From: Eledone cirrhosa
Taxonomy: Eukaryota
Direction of reading: 5' to 3'
Length of the DNA stretch: 64,000 bases
Assembly (NCBI GenBank): GCA_964016885.1
Contig: OZ024741.1
Span: 339,202,001 to 339,266,000, forward strand
Shown here: positions 25,988 to 39,280 of the stretch, piece after piece
Layout of the letters: each line of letters begins with the position of its first letter
Position numbering within the stretch: the first letter of the stretch is position 1
Position numbers and translations under genes: made by a program
Notes under the pieces: generated by a model
Told to the model about the DNA's origin: nothing
Databases searched by the model: none
What the model saw: only the letters and a program-made list of their open reading frames with translations

Positions 25988-26355
25988 TTATAGAAGCTGG
26001 GTTCTCATAGAATTCCAGTATTAAAAAGGCATCTTGGCTAAAAAATAAATGAAACACAAAACAATAAAGATGAAAACAAACTACAAAACATACACAATAT
26101 TCCTTCTTTCCTTCCTCTTTCCCTCCTTCTCTCCTTCCTTCTTTCCTTTCCCCTTCTTTCCCTCCCCACTTTCCCTCCTTCCTTCCTTCCCTCCTTCCAA
26201 CCATCCTCCTCCTTCCTTCCTTCCTACCTTCCTTTCTGCCTTCTGTCCTCCCATCCTCCCTTCCCCATTTCCTTCCTTCCTTCCTTATCCCCCCTCATTC
26301 CTTTCTTTCTTATTTCTTTGCCTTTCATCCTTACCCGGTTGATAAAATAAAGTTT

Positions 26356-27368
26356 TGTTGTTGATGGTGCTGTTGGTGTTGCTGTTGGTGCTGGTGTTTG
26401 TGTTGTTGGTGTTGTTGGTGTTGGTGGTGTTGGTGGTGTTGTTGGTGTTGTTGGTGTTGTTGGTGGTGTTGGTGGTGTTGGTGGTGTTGGTGTTGTTGGT
26501 GGTGTTGGTGGTGTTGGTTGGTGGTGTTGTTGGTGTTGGTGGTGTTGGTGGTGTTGTTGGTGTTGTTGGTGTTGTTGGTGGTGTTGGTGGTGTTGGTGTT
26601 GTTGGTGGTGTTGGTGGTGTTGGTGGTGTTGGTTGGTGGTGTTGTTGGTGTTGGTGGTGTTGGTGGTGTTGTTGGTGTTGTTGGTGGTATTGGTGTTGTT
26701 GGTGGTGTTGGTGGTGTTGTTGGTGGTGTTGGTGTTGTTGGTGTTGTTGGTGTTGTTGGTGGTGTTGCTGTTGGTGGTGGTGTTCCTGTTGGTGTTGGTG
26801 TTGGTGTTGTTGGTGTTGGTGTTGTTGTTGTTGTTGGTGGTGTTGTTGTTGTTGGTGGTGTTGGTGTTGTTGGTGGTGTTGTTGGTGTTGTTGGTGTTGT
26901 TGGTGTTGTTGGTGGTGGTGGTGGTAGTGTTGTTGGTGTTGTTGGTGGTGTTGGTGGTGTTGTTGGTGCTGTTGGTGGTGTTGGTGGTGTTGTTGGTGCT
27001 GTTGGTGGTGTTGGTGGTGTTGGTGTTGCTGTTGGTGGTGGTGTTCCTGTTGGTGTTGGTGTTGGTGTTGTTGGTGTTGTTGGTGTTGTTGGTGGTGTTG
27101 GTGGTGTTGGTGTTGTTGTTGGTGTTGTTGGTGGTGTTGTTGGTGTTGTTGGTGTTGTTGGTGGTGTTGGTGTTGTTGGTGGTGTTGTTGTTGATGGTTT
27201 TGGTGTTGCTGTTGTTTGTGGTGGTGTTGTTGTTGTTGTTGTTGGTGGTGGTGTTGTTGGTGTTGTTGGTGTTGTTGGTGTTGTTGGTGTTGTTGTTGGT
27301 GGTGGCGCTGCTGTTGTTGTTGTTGTTGGTGTTGTTGTTGTTGTTGTTGGTGTTGTTGGTGTTGTTGG

Positions 27369-27399
<31 letters not shown>

Positions 27400-28880
27400 A
27401 GTGTTGTTGGTGTTGTTGGTGGTGTTGGTGGTGCAGTTGGTGGTGTTGGTGTTGTTGGTGGTGTTGTTGGTGCTGTTGGTGGTGTTGGTGATGTTGGTGG
27501 TGTTGGTGGTGTTGGTGGTGTTGTTGGTGCTGTTGTTGGTGTTGGTGATGTTGGTGTTGTTGTTGGTGTTGGTGGTGTTGTTGGTGCTGTTGTTGGTAGT
27601 GTTGGTGGTGTTGTTGGTGTTGTTGGTGGTGTTGGTGGTGTTGGTGGTGTTGTTGGTGCTGTTGGTGTTGTTGGTGGTGTTGTTGGTGCTGTTGGTGGTG
27701 TTGGTGATGTTGGTGGTGTTGGTGGTGTTGGTGGTGTTGTTGGTGCTGTTGTTGGTGTTGGTGATGTTGGTGTTGTTGTTGGTGTTGGTGGTGTTGTTGG
27801 TGCTGTTGTTGGTGGTGTTGTTGGTGCTGTTGGTGTTGTTGGTGGTGTTGGTGGTGTTGGTGGTATTGTTGGTGTTGTTGGTGGTGTTGTTGGTGCTGTT
27901 GGTGGTGTTGGTGATGTTGGTGTTGTTGTTGGTGTTGGTGGTGTTGTTGGTGCTGTTGTTGGTAGTGTTGGTGGTGTTGTTGGTGTTGTTGGTGGTGTTG
28001 CTGGTGTTATTTGTGTTGTTGGTGGTGTTGTTGGTGGTGTTGGTGGTGTTGTTGTTGGTGTTGTTGGTGTTGTTGGTGGTGTTGGTGGTGTTGGTGGTGT
28101 TGTTGGTGGTGTTGGTGGTGTTGGTGGTGTTGTTGGTGTTGTTGGTGCTGTTGGTGGTGTTGTTGGTGCTGTTGGTGGTGTTGGTGGTGTTGTTGGTGCT
28201 GCTGGTGGTGTTGGTGGTGTTGTTTGTGTTGTTGGTGGTGTTGGTGGCGTTGGTGGTGTTGTTGGTGGTGTTATTTGTGTTGTTGGTGTTGTTGGTGGTG
28301 TTGGTGGTGTTGTTGGTGTTGTTGGTGGTGTTGTTGGTGTTGTTGGTGGTGTTGGTGGTGTTGTTGGTGTTGTTGGTGGTGTTGTTGGTGTTGTTGGTGG
28401 TGTTGATGGTGTTGGTGGTGTTGGTGGTGTTGGTGGTTTGGTGGTGCTGTTGGTGGTGTTGGTGGTGTTGTTGGTGTTGTTGGTGCTGTTGGTGGTGTTG
28501 GTGGTGTTGGTGGTGTTGTTGATGTTGTTGGTGGTGTTGGTGGTGTTGGTGGTGTTGGTGGTGGTGTTGTTGGTGTTGTTGGTGGTTTGGTGGTGTTGGT
28601 GGTGTTGTTGGTGGTGTTGGTGGTGTTGGTGGTGTTGTTGGTGGTGTTATTTGTGTTGTTGGTGTTGTTGATGTTGTTGGTGCTGTTGGTGGTGTTGGTG
28701 GTGTTGTTGGTGTTGTTGGTGGTGTTGGTGGTGTTGGTGGTGTTGTTGGTGTTGTTGGTGGTGTTGTTGGTGTGTTGGTGTTGTTGGTGGTGTTGTTGGT
28801 GTGTTGGTGTTGTTGGTGGTGTTGTTGGTGGTGTTATTTGTGTTGTTGGTGTTGTTGGTGGAGGTGTTGTTGTTGTTATT
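26356..28880. repeat. 2.5-kb GGT/GTT mosaic trinucleotide tract (Pro/Thr-rich if read on the minus strand)
   Basis: Triplet mosaic with higher-order internal duplications. Confidence 0.9.
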
Positions 28881-29057
28881 GTTGCTCCATGGGTTGCGAT
28901 CATGAGTGTTCTAGTTGTTTCATCAACAGTACCATATGCTCCTGAAATTATCATGCACATGGCTGAGTATTCCACAGATATGTGTATATGTGTATCTTTG
29001 ACGGTGGTGGGTAGTGGATTTTGTAGTTGATGTGTGCTGGTTGTGGTAGCCAACTGT

Positions 29058-29672
29058 CAATCAACCAGTCAACCAAACCACCAACCAACCAGCCAGCCAA
29101 TCAACCAACCAACAAACCTACCAACCAACCAGCTGCCTAATTCACCAATCAGTCACCCAGCTAGCCAGCCAACCAATCAGCAAGCCAACCAGCCAACCAG
29201 TCAACCAACCAACCCACCAGCAAGTTAGCCCACTAACAGCCAACCAGTCAACCAACCAACCCACCAGCAAGTTAACCCACTAACAGCCAACCAGTCAACC
29301 TACCAACCAACCAGCAAGCCAACCCACCAGCCCACCAGCCAGCCAACCAACCAGCAAGCCAACCCACCAACCAGTCAACCAAACCACCAACCAACCAGCC
29401 AGCCAACCAACCAGCCAACCAGTCAACCAACCAGCCCACCAGCCAGCCAGCTAACCAACCAGCAAGCCAACCAGCCAACCAGTCAACCAACCAACCCACC
29501 AGCCAGCCAACCAACCAGCCAACCAGTCAACCAACCAACCCACCAGCCAGTGAACCCACTAACCAGCCAACCACTCAACCAGCCAACCAGTCAACTAACC
29601 ATTCAGCCAACCAGTCAACCAGCCAACCAGCCAACTAACCAATCAGCCAACCAATCAACCAGTCAACCAAGC
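29058..29672. repeat. (CCAA/CCAG)n tetranucleotide tract
   Basis: Imperfect tetramer repeats. Confidence 0.9.
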
Positions 29673-29969
29673 AATACACCAACCAGGGAGGCTGCTATGT
29701 TTAAGAAGCCAGTTAGTGACTGTACACCAGTTTTAATGAATATATTTCTGTCAAGACAAAAATATTGACCAAACATAACAATAACAAGAACAACAACAAC
29801 TCCATTTAGTTTGTTTAACTTTCACTATTTAAAAAAACAACAACACAACAAACACTAATGAAAAACAACAAATTCTCTCAGTCTTTTTTTTTCATATCAC
29901 TTAATGTATATTTTTATATATTACACTGCAGTAGTTCTAAAGACACATACAGACATATACACAAATAAT

Positions 29970-29993
29970 ACTACACACACACACACACACACG

Positions 29994-30070
<77 letters not shown>

Positions 30071-30255
30071 ATATGTATGTATAAGTATGTATATATGTAT
30101 GTATGTATATATACATGTATATATGTATATGTATGTGTGTGTATGTATACATATGAATATATATGTATATATATATGTGTATGTGTGTGTATATATATGT
30201 GTGTGTGTGTTTGTATGTATGTATACATATATATATGTATATATATATATATGTT

Positions 30256-30307
<52 letters not shown>

Positions 30308-30570
30308 CATACACATGCACACACACACACAAATACACACACACACACACAAATACAAATACCACACACACAACTTTGGAGCTTTAAATCATTGGAAATT
30401 ACTTGTCAATGCATTTTTTTTTTCATCATTGCTAGACTTACACTGCCAAATATGGTAATGGGGGAAAAGAAAAGAAAAGAAAAGAAAAGAAAAGAAAAGA
30501 AAAGAAAAGAAAAGAAAAGAAAAGAAAAGAAAAGAAAAGAAAAGAAAAGAAAAGAAAAGAAAAGAAAAAC
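29970..30570. repeat. Compound (CA)/(TA)/(TG) and (AAAAG)n microsatellites
   Basis: Direct inspection. Confidence 0.9.
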
Positions 30571-31144
30571 AGAAATGAAAACACACATGCATATAATACA
30601 TACATACAGATGCACACACACACACACATACATACATACAAACACAACCACACAATAATATTCAAATACACAATCACACATACACAGACAAAAAAATACA
30701 CAGACACATACATACATATATACATGCACATACACAGACAGAGACATACTCACAAGAAGTGGGAGCTGGCCCCATGATTTATTCCACCCCTACCCCCTAG
30801 TATACCCACCCCCATTACACTCATAGCCCACAAAATGACAGCAAAGAAATAAACTTTAACAATATATGTATTTTATTTTCAGGGCCAATGCTACCATCAA
30901 AGCTAACTTGTATATTTATCTATCTATCTATTTATCTCGATAAAGAAAGATATCTATCTATATATCTATCTATATATCTATATATCTATCTATCCGTCCA
31001 TCAATCCATCCATCTATCTATCTATCTGTCTATCCACCCACCTATCTATGTAACAATCTCTCTCTCTCTCCCTCTCTCCCTCTCTCTCTCTCTCTCCCTC
31101 TCTCTCTCTCTTTCTCTCATATATATATATATATATATAAATAA

Positions 31145-31460
31145 TCGTCATCACTGTTTTACGTCACTTTTTCCATGCTGGCATAGGTTAAACGAGTTGT
31201 CCTGTTAGGTCAGGTGATCATGTCTTGGTGATCATGTCTTGCACATACAGAACTGATTTTGGCTTGGTTTCTACAGCTGGATGCTCTTCCTAACGCCAAC
31301 CTCAATTACAGTGAGTACTGGGTGCTTTTTGTTGTCATCAACATGATGACTTTACAGGGTGGATTGGGTGCTTTTTGTCATGACACCTACACGAACACTT
31401 TACAGTGTGGGCTGGGTGCTTTTTGCTGTGTCCCCATCACAACCACTTTTCAATGTGGTT
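31145..31460 (-). mobile_element. Second SINE family, 3' part
   Basis: TTTCTACAGCTGGATGCTCTTCCTAACGCCAAC and CTGGGTGCTTTT repeats. Reverse complement of about 32800-32995. Confidence 0.7.
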
Positions 31461-31698
31461 TATATATATGCATCATCAACATACCACAACTGACCATTTT
31501 GATAATTGCCATCAAATGCGAGATAGTTTTCCAGAAAGTTAACAAGGACTTACCAGAACTAATATCAATTACAACTTAGTGTAAAGATTTGAATTTTTAA
31601 AGAACACCAACCACCAGTGAAGTAATTCTTCTCTTTCTTCAAATAGACCTTACTAACCAATAAATTTCCTTCATTTTCCCCTATATATATATATATAT

Positions 31699-31910
31699 AG
31701 AAGTGGTTACACAACAGTTAGTTCACCATACCAAGAACAATTGTTTCAGCGGAACAATTGTTTCAGCGGATCTTCAGCTGAAGATCTGCTAAGGTGAAAC
31801 AATTGTTCTCGGTATGGTGAACTAACTGTTGTGTAACCACTTCTACCTAACTCGTCGCTTGGACTGAGTGCTTTACCACTACGGATATTACCTTCCAGTG
31901 TTCCACCACT
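31699..31910 (+). mobile_element. Fold-back hammerhead element (family B)
   Basis: Inverted arms turn at TCTTCAG|CTGAAGA (31777/31778). The right arm reads CTGAAGA-TCTGCTAAGGT-GAAAC-AATT-GTT, followed by a ~65-bp tail. (TA)n flanks. Confidence 0.75.
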
Positions 31911-31971
31911 ATATATATATATATATATCATGATATTAAATAAATGGAAACTATATTTATAAAACCATATT

Positions 31972-32036
31972 TATTTTATTATATATATTTCAAAGGCAAC
32001 CAAGCCAACCTTGGTGCGCTTTCATCAGATAAAATA
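31972..32036 (-). ncRNA. Minimal type I hammerhead ribozyme motif
   Basis: Minus strand reads UAUUUUAU-CUGAUGA-AAGcGCACCAAG guugg CUUGGuUGCCUUu-GAAAU-AUAU-AUA-AUAAAAUA, with a perfect 8-bp stem I. Confidence 0.82.
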
Positions 32037-32257
32037 CAAAGTTTGTTTTATAAATAAAGACGTACCCATGAAAATCATACCTTATCAGTCGGAAATTCAC
32101 TGGATAGTCACTATGAGTGCTCTAAATCAGTTATAAATATTTATGTTTGTCGGAATTCCAACAAATTAAATACAACTTCTACACACACACATATATATAT
32201 ATATATATAGTAATAATAAATACAAAGACCAAAATCCAAACAGAACTCAATCAGGGT

Positions 32258-32396
<139 letters not shown>

Positions 32397-32606
32397 TCTA
32401 TATAAACCCATAGAGCAAATATTTATTATTAGTGCAGATTAAGCAATCAATTTCTGCTTTCACCCTTAGTAGGATCATCTAAAACTCAGTTTCAGATGAT
32501 CCTGCTTAGGGTTATCTGAAATTCATTGCTAATATATATATATATATTTATATATATATATATATACACATGGCTTATATATATATATATATATGGCTTA
32601 TATATA

Positions 32607-32995
32607 GGCGCATGGCTTAGTGGTTAGACCATTGGCCTTGCAATCGAAAGGTTGTGAGTTCAATTCTCAGACTGAGTGATGTGTTGTTTCCTTGAGCAAG
32701 ACACTTTATTTGACATTGCTCCAGTTTACTCAGTTGTAGAAATGAGATGATAGGGACTGGGCTCCCTATCATTCCACTGCAAAGTGGTCGTGGAGGTGCC
32801 ACGGCAAAAAAGCACCCAGCCCACACTGTAAAGTCGTCGTGTAGGCGTCACGGAAAAAAAGCACCCAGCACTCACTGTAAATGATGTTGGTGTTAGGAAG
32901 AGCATCCAGCTGTAGAAATCAAGCCAGAATCAGTCCCCATCCCACCCTTGCAAGCAGGGAAAAGCGGATGTAAAATGATGATGATGATGATGATG
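32607..32995 (+). mobile_element. tRNA-derived SINE (second family) with (ATG)n tail
   Basis: GGCTTAGTGGTTAG A-box, GAGTTCAATTC B-box and CCTTGAGCAAGACACTTTA. The head is also present reversed at 56900-57032. Confidence 0.8.
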
Positions 32996-33747
32996 CTCAA
33001 AAATGCATGCAAGTAAGGTGGATGATGAGGTAAAGATGCAACTGTTTGTCTTTTCTAACTGTATGCATATTTCTGATTTTATATATACATATACTCCTAG
33101 CTTCATGTATACAATCGATAATGTGTTAGTTAGCTTTGTTTGCAAAATCTAGTTCAAAGCTTTTGTTTTGAGGCTGTGAGTATCTCTTTGTTCTCACACC
33201 CTGAAAATACAGCTAAAGGTTTGACTAGCCTGATCTCCTCTTTTGAGAAAGATCACGTGATGACACAGGCAGACTTGTTACTATAGTTAAATGTCTATGT
33301 CAACAGACGGAGCCTTGGATACAATGGAACAAAACCTCAGAAGACGGAAACTCCAGTTCCATCATGGTGATGCACACATGAATTGCATATGCATTATGCA
33401 ACTTGTGGTGTAACTTCCAGGGTTCCCAGAAACCCATCAAAGATTTATATCGATTTCTATTGATGGTCCAGGTTAGTCTTCAACCTATTTGTATTCTTCA
33501 TTGTGGTATATGTAGGGCCACTGCCTTCAGTCGTTTTTATTGGTGTCACACTTTATTGTTGTATTTACTATGGTCGATAATGTTTAAATTCTCACGGCTT
33601 CATTGAGTGTTTTGTGATTACCTCAAACAACTTCATTAGTAACTGCTATATTGCAGCTGCAACTTCGATTCATAGCCAATATATATATATATACGTGAAG
33701 AAGTATATAAAGGAGAACAAACCATTAAAACATGTTTATTTAAAACA

Positions 33748-33790
33748 GCACCTATGTACGTTTCGCCCGAAAGGGCTTCTCAAGGGCATA
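33748..33790 (-). ncRNA. Degenerate hammerhead motif
   Basis: Minus strand reads cUUGAGAA-GCCC uuuc GGGC-GAAAC-GUAC-AUA-GGUGC, then AATAAA. The first core box is mutated. Confidence 0.45.
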
Positions 33791-34122
33791 CACAACTAAA
33801 GAGTGTTCCTTACGTGACCCAGAAGGGTTTTTAAAGATAAATTCACACCACAGTTCATTCTTCGTAAACCACATGTATTGATTTTGCAGTAGATCAAGGG
33901 AGATAACTCTAGCCGGTGTTAGAGCAGTGTTGCCCAAGCTATTTGTTACCCGTTACTACTTTGTGGGTACTGCTTTACCATTGTCGATTCACGCCGGATC
34001 AGGGATGCATGGTTAGTTTCCAGATGTTTGTTTTCAGCGCCTGCCCGCCGGGGTGTTAAGGTTTTATAATATATATATATATTATATATATATATTATAT
34101 ATATATATATATTATATATATA

Positions 34123-34182
<60 letters not shown>

Positions 34183-34186
<4 letters not shown>

Positions 34187-34611
34187 GATAACAAAATATC
34201 GTTATAGGTAATCCAGTTAAAAGTTGTGAATACTTCATATTATGGATAGTTTTAGTGTACGGGGTTGTTTGACTCAATAAGGGGTTTATGTAGGTGGCGA
34301 GTTTATGAGTTCACTTGCATTCCTATGTAAGTTTATCTTGGAGTAATAAAATTGAAAGAGTGAAGAATAACATGGTCAACAGTACAAAAAAGGTTTTATT
34401 TACAGTCTAACAATTGTTTCACTGATTAAGTTGTCTAAAAATTGCTGAACACTTGGAGCTGTGCCACTCAATTTTAAATATGTTGTTAGCTTAACCAGAT
34501 CATCGGAGAAAACTGTTAACAGTTTTTAGACAACTTAATCAGTGAAACAATTGTTAGACTGTAAATAAAACCCTTTTTTTTACTGTTGACCATGTTATTC
34601 TTCACTCTTTC
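34183..34611 (-). mobile_element. Fold-back element (family C) carrying an HHR with ~80-nt stem II at 34403-34515
   Basis: Minus strand reads CAGUUUUCU-CCGAUGA-uCUGGUUAAG...CUUAAUCAGu-GAAAC-AAUU-GUU-AGACUG-uaAAUAAA. An ~90-bp inverted arm lies at 34523-34611, and the turnaround is AAAACTGTTAACAGTTTT. Confidence 0.75.
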
Positions 34612-35016
34612 TATATATATATATATTAGAACTGCTGGGCTAGCAGCCTAGCAGCTACCTCAAGCACTGATGGTGATTATCGCTAAATATTGATGTTCAT
34701 TTCATTATCAATATTAATATTATTGGGCACCCACTGAAGAATTATAAGAGCCCACTTGAATAAGTATCTGTTGATCTTATACAAGCTTCTACATAAATTG
34801 GTATAATTTCATCCAACTTGTAGGAATCTTAAATGAAATGAAACGTCCGTCTGGGAAGAGATATATCTCATACGAAATAATACAGCCAATTTTCCACACA
34901 ATACAATTAGTTAGCACCCTGAACGTTTAATTAGGAATATACTCACTTATTTCCTAATATTTGTTGAGTGAGTTGGGAATTGGCCGGAGTATCGCTATTA
35001 GCTTTCTCCGATAATG

Positions 35017-35057
<41 letters not shown>

Positions 35058-35444
35058 CAAGGATCTTCTTCCCTATAGTTAAGTGTTTACCATTTTGTTA
35101 GCACCTGGTAGTATGTAAGACTCCAGCCCATCTGAGCCTCGTTTCAGTACTGACTCAATCTGTGAAGACCAGTCCAACTATGATGATGCAGCAACATCAT
35201 CATAAAGATGATGATGATATAGTATCTAACTCATGCCAATATCGAAAAGTGACTGCAAATTTTCACAATGATCTGTCCATTAGTAAAGATACTATAAACA
35301 TTTGAAATAATAAACCTGCTTTTGAATATTTTCTATTAAAATTTTACAGGATGTTGAGAAATAATCTGACTTTAAACAATGATTTGATGGTGGAAAGACA
35401 GAAATGCAGAGCTATGTTAACAAATGAGTGCAGCAGGGTTTAAA

Positions 35445-35937
35445 TGTTGGTGATGGTGATGATGATGATGATGATGATTGGGATGATGATATTAGCGATG
35501 GTGATTGTGATTATGACAATAATGATGATGTTGATAATGATGATGTTGATAATGACGATGATGGTGATGATAATGATGATAATAGTGATGGTGATATGAT
35601 AATAATGATAGTGATGATAATGGTGATGATGATAATGGTGATGATGATGATGATAATGATGATGATGATGATGATAATGATGATGATGATGATAATGATG
35701 ATGATGATGATGATAATGATGATGATAATGGTGATGATGGTGATGATATTGGAGATGGTGATAATGATAATGATGATGATGATGATGATAATGATAATGA
35801 TGATGATGATGATAATAGTGATGATTATGGTGATGATGATGCTGATGATGATGATGGTGGTGATATTGGAGATGATGATAATGATAATCATGATGGTGAT
35901 GATAATAATGATAATGATAATGATGATGATGATGATT
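35445..35937. repeat. (GAT)n tract
   Basis: Trinucleotide repeats. Confidence 0.9.
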
Positions 35938-36089
35938 GCAAGGGTAGTTGTTATCACAGTAATTGTGGTTACAGTAAGGCTTCTACAAGATGTTATACAA
36001 CCTCTTATCATTATTAGTTTTATATTTTTATATTTCATTTATATTTATATTTTTTCATAAGTATTTTTTTAATAAATATTTTTTTCAGT

Positions 36090-36091
36090 TA

Positions 36092-36137
<46 letters not shown>

Positions 36138-36985
36138 TGTGTGTGTGTGTGTCCCTTCTGTGTGTATGTCTGGGATTCCATGTATGTGTATGTTTGTGTA
36201 ATTATATGTGTGTGTGTGTGAGTGTGTGTCCCTTCTGTGTGTATGTCTGGGATTCCATGTATGTGTATGTTTGTGTAAGTGTATCTGTGTGTGTGTGTGT
36301 CCCTCTGTGTGTATGTCTGTGATTCCATGAATGTGTATGTTTGTGTAATTATATGTGTGTGTGTCCTCTGTGTGTATGTCTGTGATTCCATGTATGTGTA
36401 TGTGTGTGTATGTGTTTGTGCAAGTGTATCTGTCTGTGTGTGTCTCTGTGTGTGTGTTTGTGTATGTGTGTGTGTGTATGTGTGTATGTCTGTGATTCCA
36501 TGTATGTGTATGTGTGTGTGTGTCCCTCTGTGTGTATGTCTGTCCCCTCCATGTATGTGTTTGTGCAAGTGTATATGTGTGTGTGTCTGTGTGAACCTCT
36601 GTGTGTATGTCTGTCTCCATGAATGTGTATGTGTGTGTGTATGCATTTGTGTAAGTATATCTGTGTGTGTGTCTATGTGTGTATGTCTGTTTCCATGTAT
36701 ATGTATATGTGTGTATATGTGAGTGTGTCATTATGTGTGTCCATATGTATGTGTTTATGTATGTGCATGTTCATGTGTGTGTCTGTGTGCGTGTATATGT
36801 GTGTCCTTATATTTTTGTGTGTATGTAAATAAATATCTATACATGTAAATGCATGTGTATGCATGTGTATTTGTCTATGTATATATGTATGTGTGCATAT
36901 GTTCATCAGTATATATATGTATGTGTATATTCATCAGTATGTGTATCTATGAATGTATGTATGTACGTATGTATATCTGTATATG
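36090..36985. repeat. (TG)n-derived minisatellite
   Basis: Recurring CCCTCTGTGTGTATGTCTG(G/T)GATTCCATG unit. Confidence 0.85.
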
Positions 36986-37794
36986 CTTAGTCGCCAACAA
37001 CCCGACCATGAGACAGGTTGTACTGGGATACATGTTACCAGTAGCACCAACTAGTGACTAGCAACCCCACCAAGGTTTCTTGGTGAGGAGGGTGACTTTG
37101 GACATCCTGCAGGACTAAAAACAAAACCTGTCAAAGGGCAAAGGAGCTCTTAAGTGTCAAGGGCCATCCGAAATCACCGGGAGAGATGACCCCTTAGCCT
37201 TTGTCAAGGCAGAATTCTAGGAGAAGGAAAACTCTGATATAACATCTGCAGCCCTGATGGTATCCAATGATGTTGACTTGTTCTTCTTTTTGGTAAATAT
37301 CATCTTGGTTAAGAGAGTGGGACTGGCTTTGTGCAGTGCCTTTGCTCACTATAAAACCTTCACGGCACAGGCATTGCTTTATATCTGGAGTTCTCTCTGC
37401 ACTTGTCGTCACATGGTACCATGGGCCCAGCACTATGTGTCAATAATTGTCACAAGTGTTGTGTTTGTACCAGAGTTTTCAAGTCGCTGGCTGGACTAAA
37501 AAGTCACACTCGTTCAGCGCATCGGTAGGAGTTCTACATGGATATAAAGTAGTGGCCGTACTCGAAAACGAGTTGGCAGCCACCATATGTGTATATATGA
37601 ATGTATGTGTATGTTCATCAGTATGTGTATGTATATATGTATATATCTATGTGTGTAGATAAGTGTGTTTGTGTATGTGTATGTGTGTGTATGTGTCTAT
37701 GTGTGTATGTGTTTTTGTATGCAAGTTAATTCGCAACAATATTAAAATCTCACCCTACTTGGTTAAAATAGATAAAACAACAATGACCAACATA

Positions 37795-39200
37795 AACACC
37801 ACCACCACTACCACCACCACCACCACTACCATCACCACCACCACCACCACCACCACCACCACTACCATCACCACCACCACCACCACCACCACCACCACCA
37901 CCACCATCACTACCATCACCACCACCACCACCACCACTACCATCACCACCACCACCACTACCATCACCATCCCCACCACCACCACCACTGCTGCCATCAC
38001 CACCATCACTACCATCACCATCCCCACCACCGCCACTACCATCACCACCACCAGCACTACCATCACCATCACCACGACCACCACCACTACCACCACCACC
38101 ACCACCACCACCACCACCACCACCACCACCACCACCACTACCATCATCACCACCACCACCACTACCATCACCACCACTACCACCACTATCATCACCACCA
38201 CTACCACCACCACCACTACCATCACCATCACCACCACTACCACCACCACCACCACCACCACCACCACCACCGCTGCCATCACCACCATCACTACCATCAC
38301 CATCCCCACCACCACCACTACCATCACCACCACCACCACCACCACCACCACCACTACTACTACCATCACCACCACAAGCACTACCATCCCCATCACCACC
38401 ACCACCACTACCACCACCACCACCACCACCATCACCACTACCATCACCACCAGCACTACCATCACCACCACCACCACCACGACCACTACCACCACCACCA
38501 CCACCACCACCACGACCACTACCATCACCACCACCACCACTACCACCACCACCACCACCACTGCCACTACCATCACCACCACCAGCACTACCATCACCAC
38601 CACCACCACCACCACTGCCACCACGACCACCAGTACCACCACTACCATCACCACCACCACCACCACTACCATCACCACCACCACCACCATCACCACTACC
38701 ATCACCACCACCACCACTACCATCACCACCACCACCACTACCATCACCACCACCACCACTACCATCACCACCACCACCACTACCATCACCACCACCACCA
38801 CCAACACTGCCACTACCATCACCACCACCAGCACTACCATCACCACCACCACCACCACCACTGCCACCACGACCACCAGCACCACCACTACCATCACCAC
38901 CACCATCACCACCATCATCACAACAGCCTCCCCCCATCACCACCACCACAATAACTAATCTTAAGGCAATCCTGTGTAATAATAATAATAATGACATCAG
39001 ATAAAGCCAAACATAGCATAATGAAAACACACACCAGCATCATTATCATCATCATCATCACTATTACCACCACCATCTCCATCACCAACATCATCACCAT
39101 CATCTTCATCATCTTCATCATCATCACCATCACCATCATCATAATCATCTTCATCATCTTCATCATCATCACCATCATCATCATAATCATCTTCATCATC

Positions 39201-39235
<35 letters not shown>

Positions 39236-39280
39236 AATCATCACCATCATCTCCATCATCTTCAGCCTCATCCTCCTCAT
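37795..39280. repeat. (ACC)n tract followed by (ATC)n tract
   Basis: Trinucleotide repeats. Confidence 0.92.

Noticed and set aside
25891-26037. C-type-lectin-like peptide ECVALMNANQRETDC
   Set aside because: All frames contain stops, and the sequence is better explained by the hammerhead structure.
26355-28671. Long plus-strand ORFs (757 aa and 629 aa) rich in Val/Gly/Leu
   Set aside because: They are translations of a triplet repeat with no complexity or domain signal.
37663-39030. Poly-Thr, poly-Gly and poly-Val ORFs of about 400 aa
   Set aside because: An (ACC)n microsatellite open in several frames, with no unique coding flank or convincing splice sites.
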